A stretch of 64,000 bases of DNA from Convolutriloba macropyga (taxonomy: Eukaryota): positions 17,360,001 to 17,424,000 of the forward strand of contig NC_134476.1 of the NCBI RefSeq assembly GCF_964194025.1, in the 5' to 3' direction. The translations under genes and the position numbers were made by a program. Of the stretch, positions 1-13,900 are shown piece after piece; position 1 is the first letter of the stretch; each line of letters starts with the position of its first letter. Under the pieces are notes generated by a model that worked only from the letters and a program-made list of their open reading frames with translations, had not been told where the DNA came from and ran no database searches.

Positions 1-1993
1 TTTGACTTTTCTGTTGAGAAGATGTATTTGGAGTTTGACTTGAAGCTTTGCTACTAGACGAAGCTGTTGGATTGTTACCAGAAAACACTTCAGCAGAAAA
101 AACAGCTGTAGGGCGTTTGATTTGCTTGGCGGGATCATGAAGGGTTGTGTGGTGGAATGCACTGCAAACCTGACATCGTTTTTGCGATGGGCACGATTGT
201 TTGTGGTGTTTGTTGCTCAAGCAATTTGTACACAAATTGTTTTGGCTAACAAGGCTGTATCGATCACTTGACGAGCACAATTGGTACTCAGGGCATGTGG
301 CAATGCTGTGTTCTTGTTTGCACTTCTCACAAGATCGTTTTGTATTAAAAGCTTTATTCGGAACGTTTTTCGAAGTGGACGGTTGTTTTTGCTGAGGCGC
401 AAAGTTCCAATGTTTTCTACTGTTTTCCGCTGATGCGTTGTTGACTGAAACTGCGAGGTTGCTATTGTTTGGCTTGGTTTGCAGGTTGTTCGAGTTGACA
501 AACTTTGAGGCTTGAGAACTGATGGTTCTTTGATTGCTTTCCCGACTCACTTTGTCGTAGATTTGAGCTTGGAGCTCTAACCATTGTTGAAAATTGACGA
601 GAGTCGGGTCAGAGCTGAGCTCGGTAAGACAATGCTCAGTCCATTTCAGAACCAAATGATGTGGTGTTTTCTCTTTGGCTTTCTTAATGAGTGTTGTAGA
701 CTGGAGGTCTGCTGTAAAGCCAAGGTATTGGAAGGCTTGCACAAGTCTTTTCAAAAATGAGGAAAAGGCAATGAAGCTTTGCTTGTTTTGGAAATTCATT
801 TGCCAGTTTTCGAGCTGGTTAATGAACGTATTCACAACTATCGTACGATCACCGAAATGTCGGATTATTTCATTCAGTGCTGTCTGATAATAAGATGGAT
901 CGCAGGAATAAGCATTGATCAAGTCCTTTGCTTTCCCACTTACAGAATTCTGCAAGTAGGTTATACGATGCGTGTCTGTAGTGGAAGGGTTGTTGTGAAT
1001 CATCGCGTTGAAGTTATTGATCCACTCGTGAAAGTGGATAGGGTCACCATTGAAATTCTGAAGTTTCAAAGGTGGCAATTTGATTGAATGTTTGAAATCA
1101 ACATTTCCTTTTTCCTGTGTTACATTTGGGTTCGAGTATACTGAGCTTATGTGTTGATTGACAGTGGGAAGTAAACTCTGGTTAATTAAAGGCTGGCTTA
1201 ACTGATTTTGTCCGACAGGATTTAGCGGTTGATTAATGCACATTGGGGCATGGATCGTGGAAGTTACTGGAGCTTGAAAGTTCGATGGAGCTTGTGAGCC
1301 ATGAATAAACTGGTTGTCACACAACTGACTGGAATGTGTCACACATTGTTTAACTTGGAAAGTGCTGGCAATTCCATGTTGACTGTTAACAGGTTGTTGA
1401 AATTGCACAGGAGCCGCAATTCCGTTTGATTGTGGAGCTACCTGGTTTGGCAGAAAATTAGGAGCTGCAGGATTTAAGACGGTATTTTGATGCTGTTGTT
1501 CCATCAGGGGCACAGTAATTGGAGGGAAACCTGCGGAATGTACCCCAGTTATAGGATTAATACAATGATTGGATTGTAGGCAACTGTTTTTTGCGACTAT
1601 TTTATCAGTTCTACTTGGGAGATGTGAGGTTCTGTTTGCCACTGTGGGTAAGCAGGGGAGTTTTTGCAGATCACAGTTCAACAGGTGACTATCGAGGTAT
1701 CCACTTGTTCCTATTTGAGTTTGAGAAGGTCCAAAAACCTGTTGCAGATTGGGAAAATTATGGTATAGAGGATTTCTGTTGGCAGTTGAATCCTGATTAT
1801 TGCTTTGATTTGGCAAGTTTAAATAAAAGGTTTTCTCCAATACCGAGTTTTGGGCAAATAGACCATCTGCCTGTAATTGAATAGTTGGATCGGCCAAATT
1901 GAAGGGGTTTGAAAGTGAGTGATTACCTGAAAGGTTCAAATTTTGGATTGGAGGCAAAAGGTTCTGCGACGTGTCAAATTGATTTGAGCTGTT
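1..1993 (-). CDS. gag: BEL/Pao LTR retrotransposon Gag (main reading frame, continues beyond the left window edge)
   Basis: Manual translation gives a stop-free minus frame from 1993 to 1; it is absent from the ORF track because no stop falls inside the window. It contains a DUF1759-type segment (IKLPPLKLQNFNGDPIHFHEWINNF...TYLQNSVSGKAKDLI) and the BEL/Pao triple Cys/His knuckle (CEKCKQEHSIATC...CTNCLSNKHHKQSC...CQVCSAFHHTTLH). Confidence 0.93.
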
Positions 1994-2738
1994 TCAATAT
2001 CGCAGACATCTCTATTTACCAGGTTGGAGGCAATTTCGAGTTTCCCTGATCTTGTTGGAGATGTGAATTCTTGGCTGGTATCTTTTTCAAAGCAGGGAAA
2101 AGGATTCGGAGCGTTTGTTTGGTTTTCAAGTTTATTTTTCGATTTTAGAAGACTTTCATGAACTTCCTTTTTAGGATTTCTTTGGTGGGCTTCAAGCACA
2201 TGCTGAATTTGAAGTCCTGGTTCATTAGATGTTTGTAGAAACAATGATGGTTGTCTTGGCCGTGGTGGTAATGGGGGCGGCTGATTGAAGATGTTACTGC
2301 TGGTCTGCTTTTCTTCTATATCGCGCTGATGCTGGATTCGTTCCTTGTCGTCACTGGGCGCAGGTGTTGATTGCCGAGACAAGTTTCTTCTGCAGGAGAT
2401 CATGCTGACATCATCTCTAATGCGACTGGAAGCTGGCCATCGTCGTCCAACAGGTCGACTCGCAGTTCCAGTTCATTGAGGCGAGTTATTAGTGCCGTTT
2501 GCCTATTCAATATAGATGATGCAGTGCTTTGATGTGGCTGCTGTCTCATCACTTCCTCTGAGAGCTTCTTGAGCTCTGTTTCCTGGCCTTTGATTTTGTT
2601 GATCATCAAAGACAATGATCGGAAACATTTCTGCTCCACAGTTTTCTCAAGGAGATCGAGCAGTTTTTTCATTGACATTTCTGTCGCTTTGAACATATTG
2701 ATGGCAAACTGACATTCAGCGCTGTTCTGCTTCGACAT
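1936..2738 (-). CDS. N-terminal part of the same Gag, split into two frames (2738-2400 coiled-coil; 2403-1936 Pro/Gln-rich)
   Basis: Two consecutive, overlapping minus ORFs lie directly upstream of and overlap the Gag frame. A coiled-coil followed by a low-complexity segment is the usual BEL Gag N-terminal layout. Two -1 frame changes are needed to join them. Confidence 0.65.
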
Positions 2739-4070
2739 ATTGGTGGCTGCTGCTCTTTTGTAGCTGATTGTTGATGATGTTGGTGAGTAAGCTCGTTACT
2801 GAAGGTGAAAAACGGCTTTGAGAACCGGAGCGACGCAAATTTTTTGATGTAAAAAAGTTGCCTAATGTTTGAATGCTAATGATCCTAGTTTTTTCTTGTA
2901 GAAAAGACCAGCGACGCAACTTTTCGCAAAAAGTGATGTCCTAGAATGTGTTTTGTGTGCTAAATCTAGCCTTTTGCGCTAAAACTTAAAAGCTTTTCCG
3001 AACGTTCGCGCGTTTTAACCGTTTTTCGTTCAACAGACCTAAATAATTGCTTGTTTTTTCTTGAATTTACACAAGTTTCGTTTAAATAGCAGACTTTAAC
3101 TGTTTGAACTAGTGTGTGTGGCTACTGTGGTTGATAGGAAAACTGTGCTTTGCTACAATTATGTAGTTGAACCAATACTAGACCAGAACTCAAATAATTG
3201 TTACATTAAACTCCTTTTTCTTGAAAACTTCAATAAGCTCGTCTGTTTCTCTCAAATACGAATAAATTACCAAACAGAAAGCTTTTAAAGCTACCCAAAA
3301 ATTTTTTCCTTAGCTCCCTAGCCCTAACCAAACATTATGATTAAGGAATACCCCACACAATTTTTGCGAATTAACTTTGAAACCTTTTATTTTTCTAGGA
3401 GTCTATTGTTGTTTTGACGACTAAAGACAAGCAATTAGCAAAAATGCGATGCGTTTAGGCAGCAAGGGCTACAGAAGGGCTACTGAATGCTAGAAAGTTG
3501 CAGAGACGAGTCATATTGTGGGAAACTTTAGAATTCTTTCGAAAATTGTCTTTTCCGGGTTTTGCAAAACTTTTCGTTTTCTTCAAGACTGTGTGACTTT
3601 ATCTGCTCTTTTTCACTCTGTCTGTGTTATTTACAAAATGCATTGACTGTATTAAACTCTCAAAGCTCTCTCCGACAATTAGCGTCTGAGATCTGCCTTT
3701 CAGAAAAAAATTGAAAGTAGGAAAAAAGAAATCAAAATTTCTGGTGACTACTGGAACCAATTTTCTTTGAAAACTCCTCTTCTGCTGATGGTAACGTCTG
3801 AAACCAATAGGGATAAAGGGACTTCGCGGACCGCAACGTCTGAGACCGAGGACTTCTGCAAAAATTTTGGAAGTTTTTTCCAAAAAAAAATAAAATGGTG
3901 TTTATTTTTGTCATAATGAAAGTTTTGATATTTGATGTGGCGCCTAAAGACTTTCTATTTACTTCCCTATACAGGTAAAACAATCAAACAGACTGACAAT
4001 GACTTGTCTTAGGGGTTTTTTCAGTGGTTTATTCGACAATTCAAATGAATATGTAGTAAGAAATTTAACT

Positions 4071-4790
4071 TGTGTTTTTTGAATTTTCTGATTTCAAAAA
4101 TTTTTTTCTGACATTTCCCATTTACATGATACTGATTGGATAAATCGATGGAAATGGCTTTCTTTCTGAATGCAAACCAATTCAGGAGAGTGTTTCAATG
4201 GTTTAATCCGCAATTGAAACGAATATGGATTCAGAAAACTAAATAGTGTTTTTTGAATTTTCTGAATTCAAAATTTTTCTTTCTGATATTTCTTATTGAT
4301 ATTATACTGATTTGATAAACCGATTGAAATAGCTTTCTGTTTGATTACAAACCAAATCAAGAGAGTGGTTTAATGGTTTATTCTGCAATTGAAACAGATA
4401 TGTAGTCAGAAGACTAAATTGTGTTTTTTGAATTTTCTGACTTCAAAAAATTTTTCTGATATTTCTTTTTGATATGGTACTGATTGGATATATCGATGCA
4501 AATAGCTTTCTGTTTGGTTACAAATCAGTTCAAAAGGGTGTTTTAATAGTTTTTTCCGCAATTGAAACGGATATGTAGTCAGAAAACTAAATTGTGTTTT
4601 TTGAATTTTCTGATTTCAAAATTTTTTTTTCTGACATTTCTCATTTATATGATACTGATTGGATATATCGATGCACATAGCTTTCTGCTTGATTACAAAC
4701 CAATTCAAAAGAGTGGTTTAATAGTTTTTTCCGCAATTGAAACGGATATGTAGTCAGAAAACTAAATTGTGTTTTTTGAATTTTCTGATT
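4071..4790. repeat. Tandem repeat, ~174-bp unit, about 4.2 copies
   Basis: The unit marker TGTGTTTTTTGAATTTTCTGA recurs at ~4071, 4246, 4421, 4594 and 4768, with conserved internal GATACTGATTGGATA.ATCGAT and CGCAATTGAAAC.GATATG. Confidence 0.92.
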
Positions 4791-6969
4791 TATGGAACAT
4801 TTCTCTGATTTTTGTGTTTTTTCTTCGCAGATTTTTCTTTAAAAATGAGAAAATTGCCTTAACTCGCTTTGAAAATAATGAAACTAGTCGAGGTTTTTGA
4901 ATCGAGGTGTTATAGTAACAAATAAGCGTTTTTGGGGGACAAATATCAATTTTTTGGAGGCTTTTTGTCGAAAAAAAAGTAGAGATTTTGGATGGCTCTA
5001 ACCGAAGAACAGGACATCAGAGGTAACGTCTGAGACCTCGGGCGGACTTCTGCTGGTGACGTCTGAAACCAGTAAAAAAAACTTGATCCTCTCGTCGGGG
5101 TGACGTTTGTAACCCAAACTTGGCTTCGTCGCTGAAAAAATTGCTTGTCTTTTTTTTTGTCTTTTCTGTGTCTTTTCTGTGTCTTTTCTGTGTCTTTTCT
5201 TTGTCTTGACCGGCTGCCAGCTTTCGGGTTCTGTTTACTGTGCTCGGCACTTGATGGTTGCACTGACCGCTGATGCTCTCTTCAGTGCGTCGCACAAGTT
5301 TTGGAACAAAGAAAATATTTGCCGGTAACAGGGGAGACTTTTGTCCTCAAAATTGTTTTGGGGGAAGAAGGTTTTTGTTCTTTGAACAAGGGGTAAACCA
5401 TAAAATGTAAGATAATGTAGATAAGGATTCAATTACATTGTTCTAGACAGTTTGTTAAGTTTTTTATATCAGTTTTAAGTTGCGGGAACAACCAACTCGT
5501 TTTGGTTGCGATAAGGACAAAAGTCAATGTTTTTTCAAGTTTTACTTCTGACTTGATTGTTGCACGACAACTGGTAATGCAATTTTCAGTTTGCATTTAT
5601 ATGAGTTTGCGGTTATCAAATATGACAGGGGGGGGAGGGGTGGGGCAAAAACAGAAAAGATCCAGTATTTCAACAGATGCTGTTTTGCTGGAATAGTGGC
5701 AGAGAGACATGTTAATAATAAGGCTCTACACAAACTAGGTCTAAACTTAAAACAAACGCAAAATTTGTCAAATGACTCACCTTTTGTCAACGAAAATTAA
5801 GACGATGTAACGCACAGAGCAGTAAATTTTTTATTTACGAAAAAACTAAGCTGAAATTTTGTTTCGGGTTCTGTGCAGTGAAAAAAAAAAGAAAAGCACA
5901 TGGTCGCCAGAAACTTGATCATTGTTTTCTGGCAAGGATCATTGTTTTTTCGACTGTTTGTCACTTCGGATTCATAATGACATTTTCGGAACTTTTAAGA
6001 AGTTACTCAAATTACAGAATAATTGTGCAGTGGTGCGGCTGAGAAATTTTTGTCCGTATTATAAAATGATTCCTTCATTTTTAGTTAGTTGATTTGGGAA
6101 ATAATTTAAAGCTTTATGCGGTTGAGGGTTACAAATGTTTACTAATTTTTTTCCTAAGAACTCATCCTTATAATGGTTTTTTTTATTTTATTGAATCTCA
6201 AACACGCAATCTTAGCACCTTAGTTCTGATTAACTAATCCAATATATTTATTAAACTTTCATCATGTATAAATTTGTGTACTCAACTTAGATTGAGAACA
6301 TTAACTGCACTTAACTACTCAAAACGCTTACCAGAATTGATGCGTACTCTGTAATGTAGTCACCTTTGTTTACCGAACGCATCCCAAAAACCTTTAGGCA
6401 CATCAAGTTATTCTCCTGCACAGTTGCGAAAGACAGGTCTAGATCCCTGAAAGTCTAGCGATAGGGAAATTAAGACTCTTCAGAGAGATATGAAAAATGG
6501 CTTCGCAATAATACATCATTTTACTTATTGTATTCTTAGAATTTGCTCTGAAGGCAGGTCTTGTTAAATAAGATTATATGTTAAATGTTCAGTTGAAGCT
6601 AAGTCAGGGGCTTAACTTATTTAACTAAAAATAATAAAGTACAAACTTTCATGCTGTTGCTTACCAATTACCGACTAAAGAATTCAGATCAAACAACGAC
6701 GTGGTTCTGTGGCAGTTCTATGTGTAGTTGAAGCTACTGAAATAAGCCAGAAAATTAAAACATAAACGTTATTATGTTGTAGTGCTCTAAAACTGAGGTC
6801 GAAATTTTGTTTTTTGATTAGTAGTTGTGTTTGCGCAATCGAGTTTCAAATCAATTCAAAATACAAAGGTCAAGAAAAATCAAAGGCATGAAAGGTTGAG
6901 CTCAAACGGTCGTAGGTCTGGAGAACAAATGACAGTATAGATCTAAACGCAAAAAAATTACTTATTATA

Positions 6970-7835
6970 CCAAAGACTGGAGAGCGCACGAAAGTTTGAC
7001 GAACGCGTGAAAGTCTGTTAAACGCACGAAAGTCTGTTAACGAACAAAAGTCTGTCGAATACCTAAAAGTAAAGATATAAAAATTAGAAAATCTGCTAAA
7101 CGCACCAGAGACTGGTGAGCGCACGAAAATCCAGTGACCGCTCTAAAATCTAGCGAACGAATGGGAGTCTGAATTTGAACGCAAGAAAATCTGAAGAGGA
7201 TGAATGAAAGTATGGTAAACGCAGGAAAGTCTGTTAAATGCATGAAAGTCTGGCGAAATTTTAAAATTGTAGATATGAACACTAGAAAATCTTGTTAACG
7301 CACCAGAGACTGGAAAACGCACACAAGTCTGGAGAACACATGAAAATCTGAGCGTGAGCGCTTGAAAGTCTGGTGAACGCGCGAAAATGCTTTGGTCGCA
7401 CTAAACTCTAGCAAATGAATGGGAGTCTGAAATTGAGCGCACGAAAATCTGATTACAAACAATAAAAGTATGGTAAAAGCAAGAAAGTTTGGAAGTTAAC
7501 TCATGAAAGTCTGGTAAACACATAAAAATAAGGCTAACACTTAAAATTGCTTACCGCGCCAAAAACTGAAAAATCACACAAGTCTGGAGAACACATGAAA
7601 AACTGAACCTAAAGGCTGGAAAGTCTTCTGAACGCACAAAAATCTGATGATCACGCGAAGGTCTTGCGAACGAAGGAAAGTCTGAAGTTGAGCGCCAGAA
7701 AATCTGAGCATGAATCCATCAAAGTATAGTAAAAGCAAGAAAGTCTGGATATGAACGCACCAAAGTGTAGATATAACAACTTTCTGTCTCAGTACGGCTT
7801 GGAAAAAATGGTTCCGTTTGGGACCTCAACCCGGG
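6970..7835. mobile_element. Degenerate ~20-bp minisatellite array ending in a CCC/GGG-family right terminus
   Basis: Repeats of AAAGTCTG(G/T)TGAACGCAC over ~6970-7760, then CCTCAACCCGGG at 7824-7835. No left terminus was identified. Confidence 0.6.
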
Positions 7836-9757
7836 CCTGTTCCCATCTTTCCGACTTTTTAAAATGAAAGAAGGAAGAGATATTTTTATCGAAGGAATTT
7901 TTATTGTAAATCTTAGACGTAATAAAAGTCTAAATCGATTCTCAGGTCAATATTTTGCTGCATAGGATAATGCTCATTTAATATCCGCATTTCCAACAGC
8001 AGGAAATGGTTTCGACTTTTTTTGTTCTATTTCTGCAATTTTTTAGTGTTCTATTGTTTACTGTTTCTTTTTAAATGTTACTTTTCAAAAAGTTCCTTTG
8101 AAAAATGTTTTTCGAATTTTTCTATATAAAATACGTGCAGGTTTATTTTAAAAATTCTATTACGTCTGATTAGATTTGAAAGTTTTGATATTGATTTGGC
8201 GTTCGGTCCGGGTAGACAGTGTCCTTGGTCCTCCTGAGCTGGACATTTTAGCCCGACAATTAAGGGATGTCGCTGATTAAGGAGGCTGATTGTAGATAAC
8301 TCTGTTCTTGTTCCGTCCTTAATTCAGTTCTAATGTTGACAGGCCAAAATTAGCTGCAAAGTTTATATCAATGGGAAATTAGGTTTTAGAGAGCTTTAAT
8401 TTGTTTAGTTTAATTGACTGGTTATTTGCTTAACATATATATGTAAAAGAAAGCTATAATTAGTCTGTGTGTAACACCAAAATTTTTCCCTGGTTATGCA
8501 AAGTATAGGTTTTTTTTAAAAACCTAGCACTGCTAAAATTAGCACTGCAAAAATAGTAGAGAAATTTAACATTCGAATTGAGCTTTACTTGAATCTGATT
8601 GCAAATTTGCGCTCATATTAGACGAAAATATAGTACTACCTGAACAACATGTACACCCTTGGTGTTGAACTGCATTCAAAGCTACACTGGCGTATAGCTT
8701 TGGTTCATGAAAAGATGCAGCAATTCTAGATGGGAGAGTCTTTATTGGCTGAAGTTTGAGCGTCCTACATACAGCTGAGCTTACTTAATAGTGGACAAAT
8801 TTTTTTGTGTCGAGCAAAAGACTTTTTTTCAGTCTGCTTTTATGCAAATTCCGAAAATCTTTCATTAATTTTTTTGTACATAGTGAAGCAGCGAAGGAGC
8901 AAGATTGAATAACATAGCACCAGAGCAATCAACATTAAAAGGTAGTTCGGAAATTGCCAAAACTTAAATTTTCTGTACTTCTTAAGATAAATCCGCTACT
9001 GCAGCTGGACTCTTTCGCCACAATCCCTGCTTGAAAAACACTAGTCATTTTAATTTGTTATGGTCAAAAGCTTGATTGATGTGTTGAATGAAGAGTGGAT
9101 TTCTGAAAAAAAATTGATTGTTTTGATTTCAAAAATCTGAAAAGTCATTTTTGAAACCAGCACTTTCGATTGATTAGTTAGCACAGATCAAGAAACATAC
9201 TATACAGATAAGAAACATGTTACATACACTAGTGCAATCAATTTGTGTGCACAATTTTAAAAAATTTCTACTCGATTCATCATTCGACAATAACTCGACC
9301 CAGTTTTTGTATCTCGGTTTTTAAGTCATGCAAGACAATTTGGGCCAAGCATAGATTCAACATTGAAAATTTTAGTCAGGCAAAAGTTGAGCAAAATTAT
9401 TTGTTTCGAGCAAAAATTCAGTTTGGAGAACTTTTATTCAAAAAAGATCGAGCAAAAAAGTTTGGTTTGAGTGAAAATTAAGTGCGAGTGCGCGTTGTTC
9501 GTTTTGAGCTCTAGTCCAGCTGTTCAATAAAGTAGAGTTAAGTGTATTTCATAGGTTATTGGGGTCGAACATGGTCCTTCCAAAACACTTTTTGTTCGAG
9601 CATGATCTGTCCGTAAGTCGTAGTCCAATACATTGTTGTGTTTTGGCAAAAAGAAGGATTTTCAAGGCCCCTTTGGTTCAAACTCATTAAAACTTTTCAA
9701 ATGAGTAAAAAAGTGATGAACGAACGAATCTAAAAGTGATCATTTGGTACTAGATAC

Positions 9758-10239
9758 CCCAGGAAAATATGTGAAAAAAACACATTGGTTAGATTGGTAT
9801 CGCCCAGTGTTGTCCTTTTGTCTGGTCAGTCTAGCCAGTGTTGGCCTTGGGTTGGTTCGGTCAGGCAGAAGTCTTGGGTCTGTATGGTCTGGCCCAGTGT
9901 CGGCTTTGGGTCTGTTCGGTCTGGCCCAGGGTTGGTCTTGGATCTCTTCGGTGTGGCCCCGGTTCAGCAGTGGGTCTGTTCCTTCTGGCCCAGGTCAAGG
10001 GTCTGTTCGGTCTAGCCCAGTGTCGACCTTGGCTCTGTTCCGTCTGCCAAGTATGACCAAAGTCTGATTGGTATGACCCATACCTGAATTTGGGTCTGTT
10101 TGGTCTGAAACACCTGTCTGCATAACACAGGTCCGTCAGGCCCATATCTGTCGTTACTCGAGGAAGTCCTCTGGGATAACTGCCAATTTTTTTGTCTTTT
10201 GTAGTAGCGATAGACAAGTGTCTGGGACCTTGACCTGGG
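9758..10239. mobile_element. Non-autonomous CCC/GGG-terminated element with a 32-bp array
   Basis: Starts CCCAGG and ends CCTTGACCTGGG. TCTGTTCGGTCTGGCCCAG units occur at 9879, 9911, 9943 and 9975 (32-bp period). An inverted relative lies at 26097-26316. The flanking dinucleotides do not match. Confidence 0.72.
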
Positions 10240-11299
10240 CAGCGCTATAGAAATGTGTATGAAAATAACGGTCGTAATAAAGTAACAGTAGTCAAGGCGA
10301 CTTATGTAACTCAAATTTTAAATCAACTCATTTAATTTAGTAGTTTAAATATATTATATTGTGGAAAAATGATGAATTTCTTTTCACCTGATCTTGAGTT
10401 CTGAACAACGATACTGCTCAATTTTTTTCGACAAATATTACAGCAAACCCGCACCCTATCACAGTCATTATCTTGTTCTTGCAAAAAAAACAATTTTTTA
10501 GTTCATCAGTTGTTTAAACTATAATAATGTTTCTCGTCTCATCAATGGTCATTTTTGAGCATTAGCCAATACTGTATTCAGACCAAAATGATCCATGCAA
10601 ACTAAGCAAAATATCCCGTTCTCAGCCAAAAATTTTCTGATCTGGAGAGCAATTTATCAATAAATAATTTCAATTTAAGATGTAAAGTGACTTCGAGTAG
10701 TAGCAGTAATAGTAAACAAGATCAAAACAGGAGTAGTAAACAAGTCAGCTCTTCAAATATTTAAGTGTCAGGTGCAATCTGACCCCGGAATTTTCAATCT
10801 GAAAAGCTCGAAGCCTTCCAGTTCCTGACTTTTTTGTTGAATTTTTATTTTAATCATCCATTTATTTTGCTATAATGCCAGATGGCTTTCTTGAATTAGC
10901 TTTATTATAATAATATGTGCTACTGCTAAATATTTCCTTAACCGTACAAGATTTTGTTCACAATTCAAATATGCTAAAATTTCTGTCATATGCCATTTTA
11001 CAGTGAATTTTTGAAACTAGTTACAATGTAAAGAATTTTATTTGTGTAGAAAATGGTAGTTTGGCCGTTAGAAGGCTTCTAGCAGGAGACTGCAAAAATT
11101 CTATCGAAAATCCAAACGATTTGCTTGGTTAATCGTCTTTTTGTTTGGATTGTTCGGTTTATCCACGAAACGATGCTCTATCTCGGCTGTTTGAAAACAT
11201 CGCGTCGATTAAAGGATTTAGTAATTTATAATTGTAGTCCCAAAAACTAGAAAAGTGAGGGACAAAACAATTGAACAAACTCAACAATCAGAAACCGGT

Positions 11300-13900
11300 T
11301 TTGACCTAAAACTAGATCATGGCTCACAATAAACCCAAAATAATTCAACGAACCTAGCTACCACTACCTCTTCAATCAAAGATTTTTTTATCAAAAACGT
11401 TGTTATAGGTTCGAAACTTCCAACTTACCTTTACCAACAACTTCTGCAAACGCTGCGGTTTCATTCCAGTTAGACTTTTGAACAAAATTATAACATCGTT
11501 CAAAAGTCAACAACTCTTTGCAACATCTTAATGTTGTCAATTAATTGTTGTCTTTTCATAAAGTATAACTCATAATTATTTACTTGACAACACGTTTTAT
11601 TTATTGCTAAAATTGTAAATTTCGCCATCTTTGTGTTCCAAATACAAAAACTTTTAATCCTACCTTTTAAGGAAATTTTGAAGCTCAACTCTTCTGATCA
11701 CTAAAGTTCTTTTTCCTAATGTCATGTTAGCCTATTGTATCTGCCGTTAAATTTCTTAACTCAATTTCATTGGTGGACAGCAGAAGAAAACCAACGATTT
11801 GTAAAATGATCAAGAACACGTACTCCTCTATACTTTTATTGTTATTGAAACCTCTTTTTTGCATTCTTAGTAGACTTTTTAATCAACTTATAGCAAGATT
11901 TCTAACTAATAAGATTTCCATCATTTTCCCATTCCGGTCTGAATCATTTAATTTTTAGCCTATTAAAAGAACACATCTTTTTGCGCAGAAAATTGTTTTT
12001 GAAATATCTTCTAAAGGCTGATGCTTTCAATTCCTTCAGACAAGTTTGATGGTCTTTAGCTGAACATTTATTTGGCACTGTGCCAGTTTCCGCAAATATA
12101 ACTAACAATTTTAACGCCAGTAACGCAAAAATTGCCTTTCAAATCAACTTCTCGATGAAATATCAGGCAGCACTACTTGAAATTTTTCAAAATATTCTAC
12201 CAATTATCCGATTTAAGGTATTTTTGGCTGCAACGAGCAAAACATTACGCAATAGCAATTAGCATAAAGAAAATTATTTTTCTCCATATATATTTTTTTC
12301 TCAATATGCTTTTCTTGGTTTATTTTATGAAATTATTGTCTGATTCTTAATGCAAACTAATTTTTTTCTATAATACAATTCAAATTCCGTCTCAATTCGA
12401 ATCTTATTAGGTTTATTAGCAACAATATAACATAAATAACGGATTAAAGGGCTTTATTTTTTCGAACCGACCTTTCTCTGAAAAAGTTGGTAATGGAATT
12501 AGATTAACTTAGTCAGAAGCTCTGGAAATCATTCAATTATACTTTTTTATTGCATCACAAACTGCACTGATCACTTCTTAACTTACGTCATAAGAGGAAA
12601 AACAACAGTTTTTTGCAATTAAATTTGTCTGTCAATTTTTCACTACCAATGACTACTGGCTTTTCGTCAGTATTTCTTGGAAAAAGTTTGTATTAAATTA
12701 TTTTTTCAACTAAACTACAGAACGATCCGCAATAGTTTAACACTATCTAGTTCATAAAATTTTTCCAAAATTTTTTGAATTGTCATTATAATCAGTTCTT
12801 GATCATCTCTTAATTTTGAATTACTTTTTTGGGCTTACCGTCTTCGAAAAACTATTTGAGTCGTTTCTTCAAAATAAACATTGTGTTCGGTTGTTTAACC
12901 CAACTCGTCAAGCGAACCTCATTGTCCATTCAGCCGTAAAATGTAACTTTTTATGCCAGCTAAGGATAAGTGGTAGTTTTACAATTTTCTCTTAAACAAA
13001 GAAAAAGTTGTAGATAAAGACTTCTATTTTTACATTTTGTCAAAAACCAAATTTTCTTTTTTAAAACCTACTTTTTAGGGTACTTTGCAAACTTTATATG
13101 AACAACAATTAGTTGAAAGCATAGCTGACTAAGGGTTTTAGCGTGATTACTAACGCCCTTGTTGCTATGTTTCACTATAGTTCAGTAAGGTCGTTCTGTT
13201 TCTCGGGGACTAAAAATTTTTTCACGTATTATTGAACTTCAAAAAATAACTGACATTTCTTTGTTGACGTTCATTTGAGATCATTTTGAGCACAGCTGCA
13301 TTAAAGAAAAAGTAATGAAATGAGCCAAATTAGGTATAGCTGAGAAGACCAATATCTTGACCATGCTCTCTAATGGAGAGAACCCTTTGTAGCTACAATA
13401 TGTCAAACCCCTGCAAAAAATCATAGCTATGATTGGATCGGCATGCTGTCATACAGAAAACTTTTACAGTCAAATTGTTTAGCCTTTTTCCTATTTTAAC
13501 TCCTAAAAATGCGCTTGACCCAATAATTTAAAGTCTCCTTTGAAACTTTATTAATGCACTGACAAACTATTTGATGGTTTCTCTTTTTAGAAGAATTTTT
13601 CTCTTAACTTAGTTGGAACAATCCGTAATCAAATTGTTTTGGTCAAGAATATGAAACTGGGAGAAATATTAACCAACTGATTAGAATATTTTGAATTCAA
13701 AAAGAACATTCTAAGAAATAAGTTTCCGCAAAATTTTTCTAAAATTTTCGACAAAGAACGTAACTGTCTCTATTTAACAGGTTTGTCCATTTGTCCCTAT
13801 TTTTCTTAAACGCAATTTTCCAAAGAAAGCGCAGATTTCTCTTGTTAAAACTTCAATATATTGTCCATAAACTTTTTTTTCGAAATTCAGAGAATTTTCT
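11300..13900 (-). mobile_element. Possible heavily decayed non-LTR retrotransposon (endonuclease/RT relic)
   Basis: Only scattered motif remnants in the expected order on minus: GDF near 13525-13540 and a DNW..I/FIEKLI segment resembling NYRPIS...EK near 12140-12210. There is no ORF. Confidence 0.25.

Noticed and set aside
201-1884. Plus-strand ORFs of 64-102 aa in the ORF track
   Set aside because: They are antisense shadows of the Gag frame.
2900-3420. Expected 5' LTR and PBS of the left-edge BEL element
   Set aside because: The partner LTR is outside the window and no convincing PBS was found, so boundaries cannot be supported.
8560-9110. Coding-like stretch with SRWESL, reminiscent of the hAT transposase TRWNS motif
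   Set aside because: No sustained reading frame or second motif was found, so it is too degraded to call.
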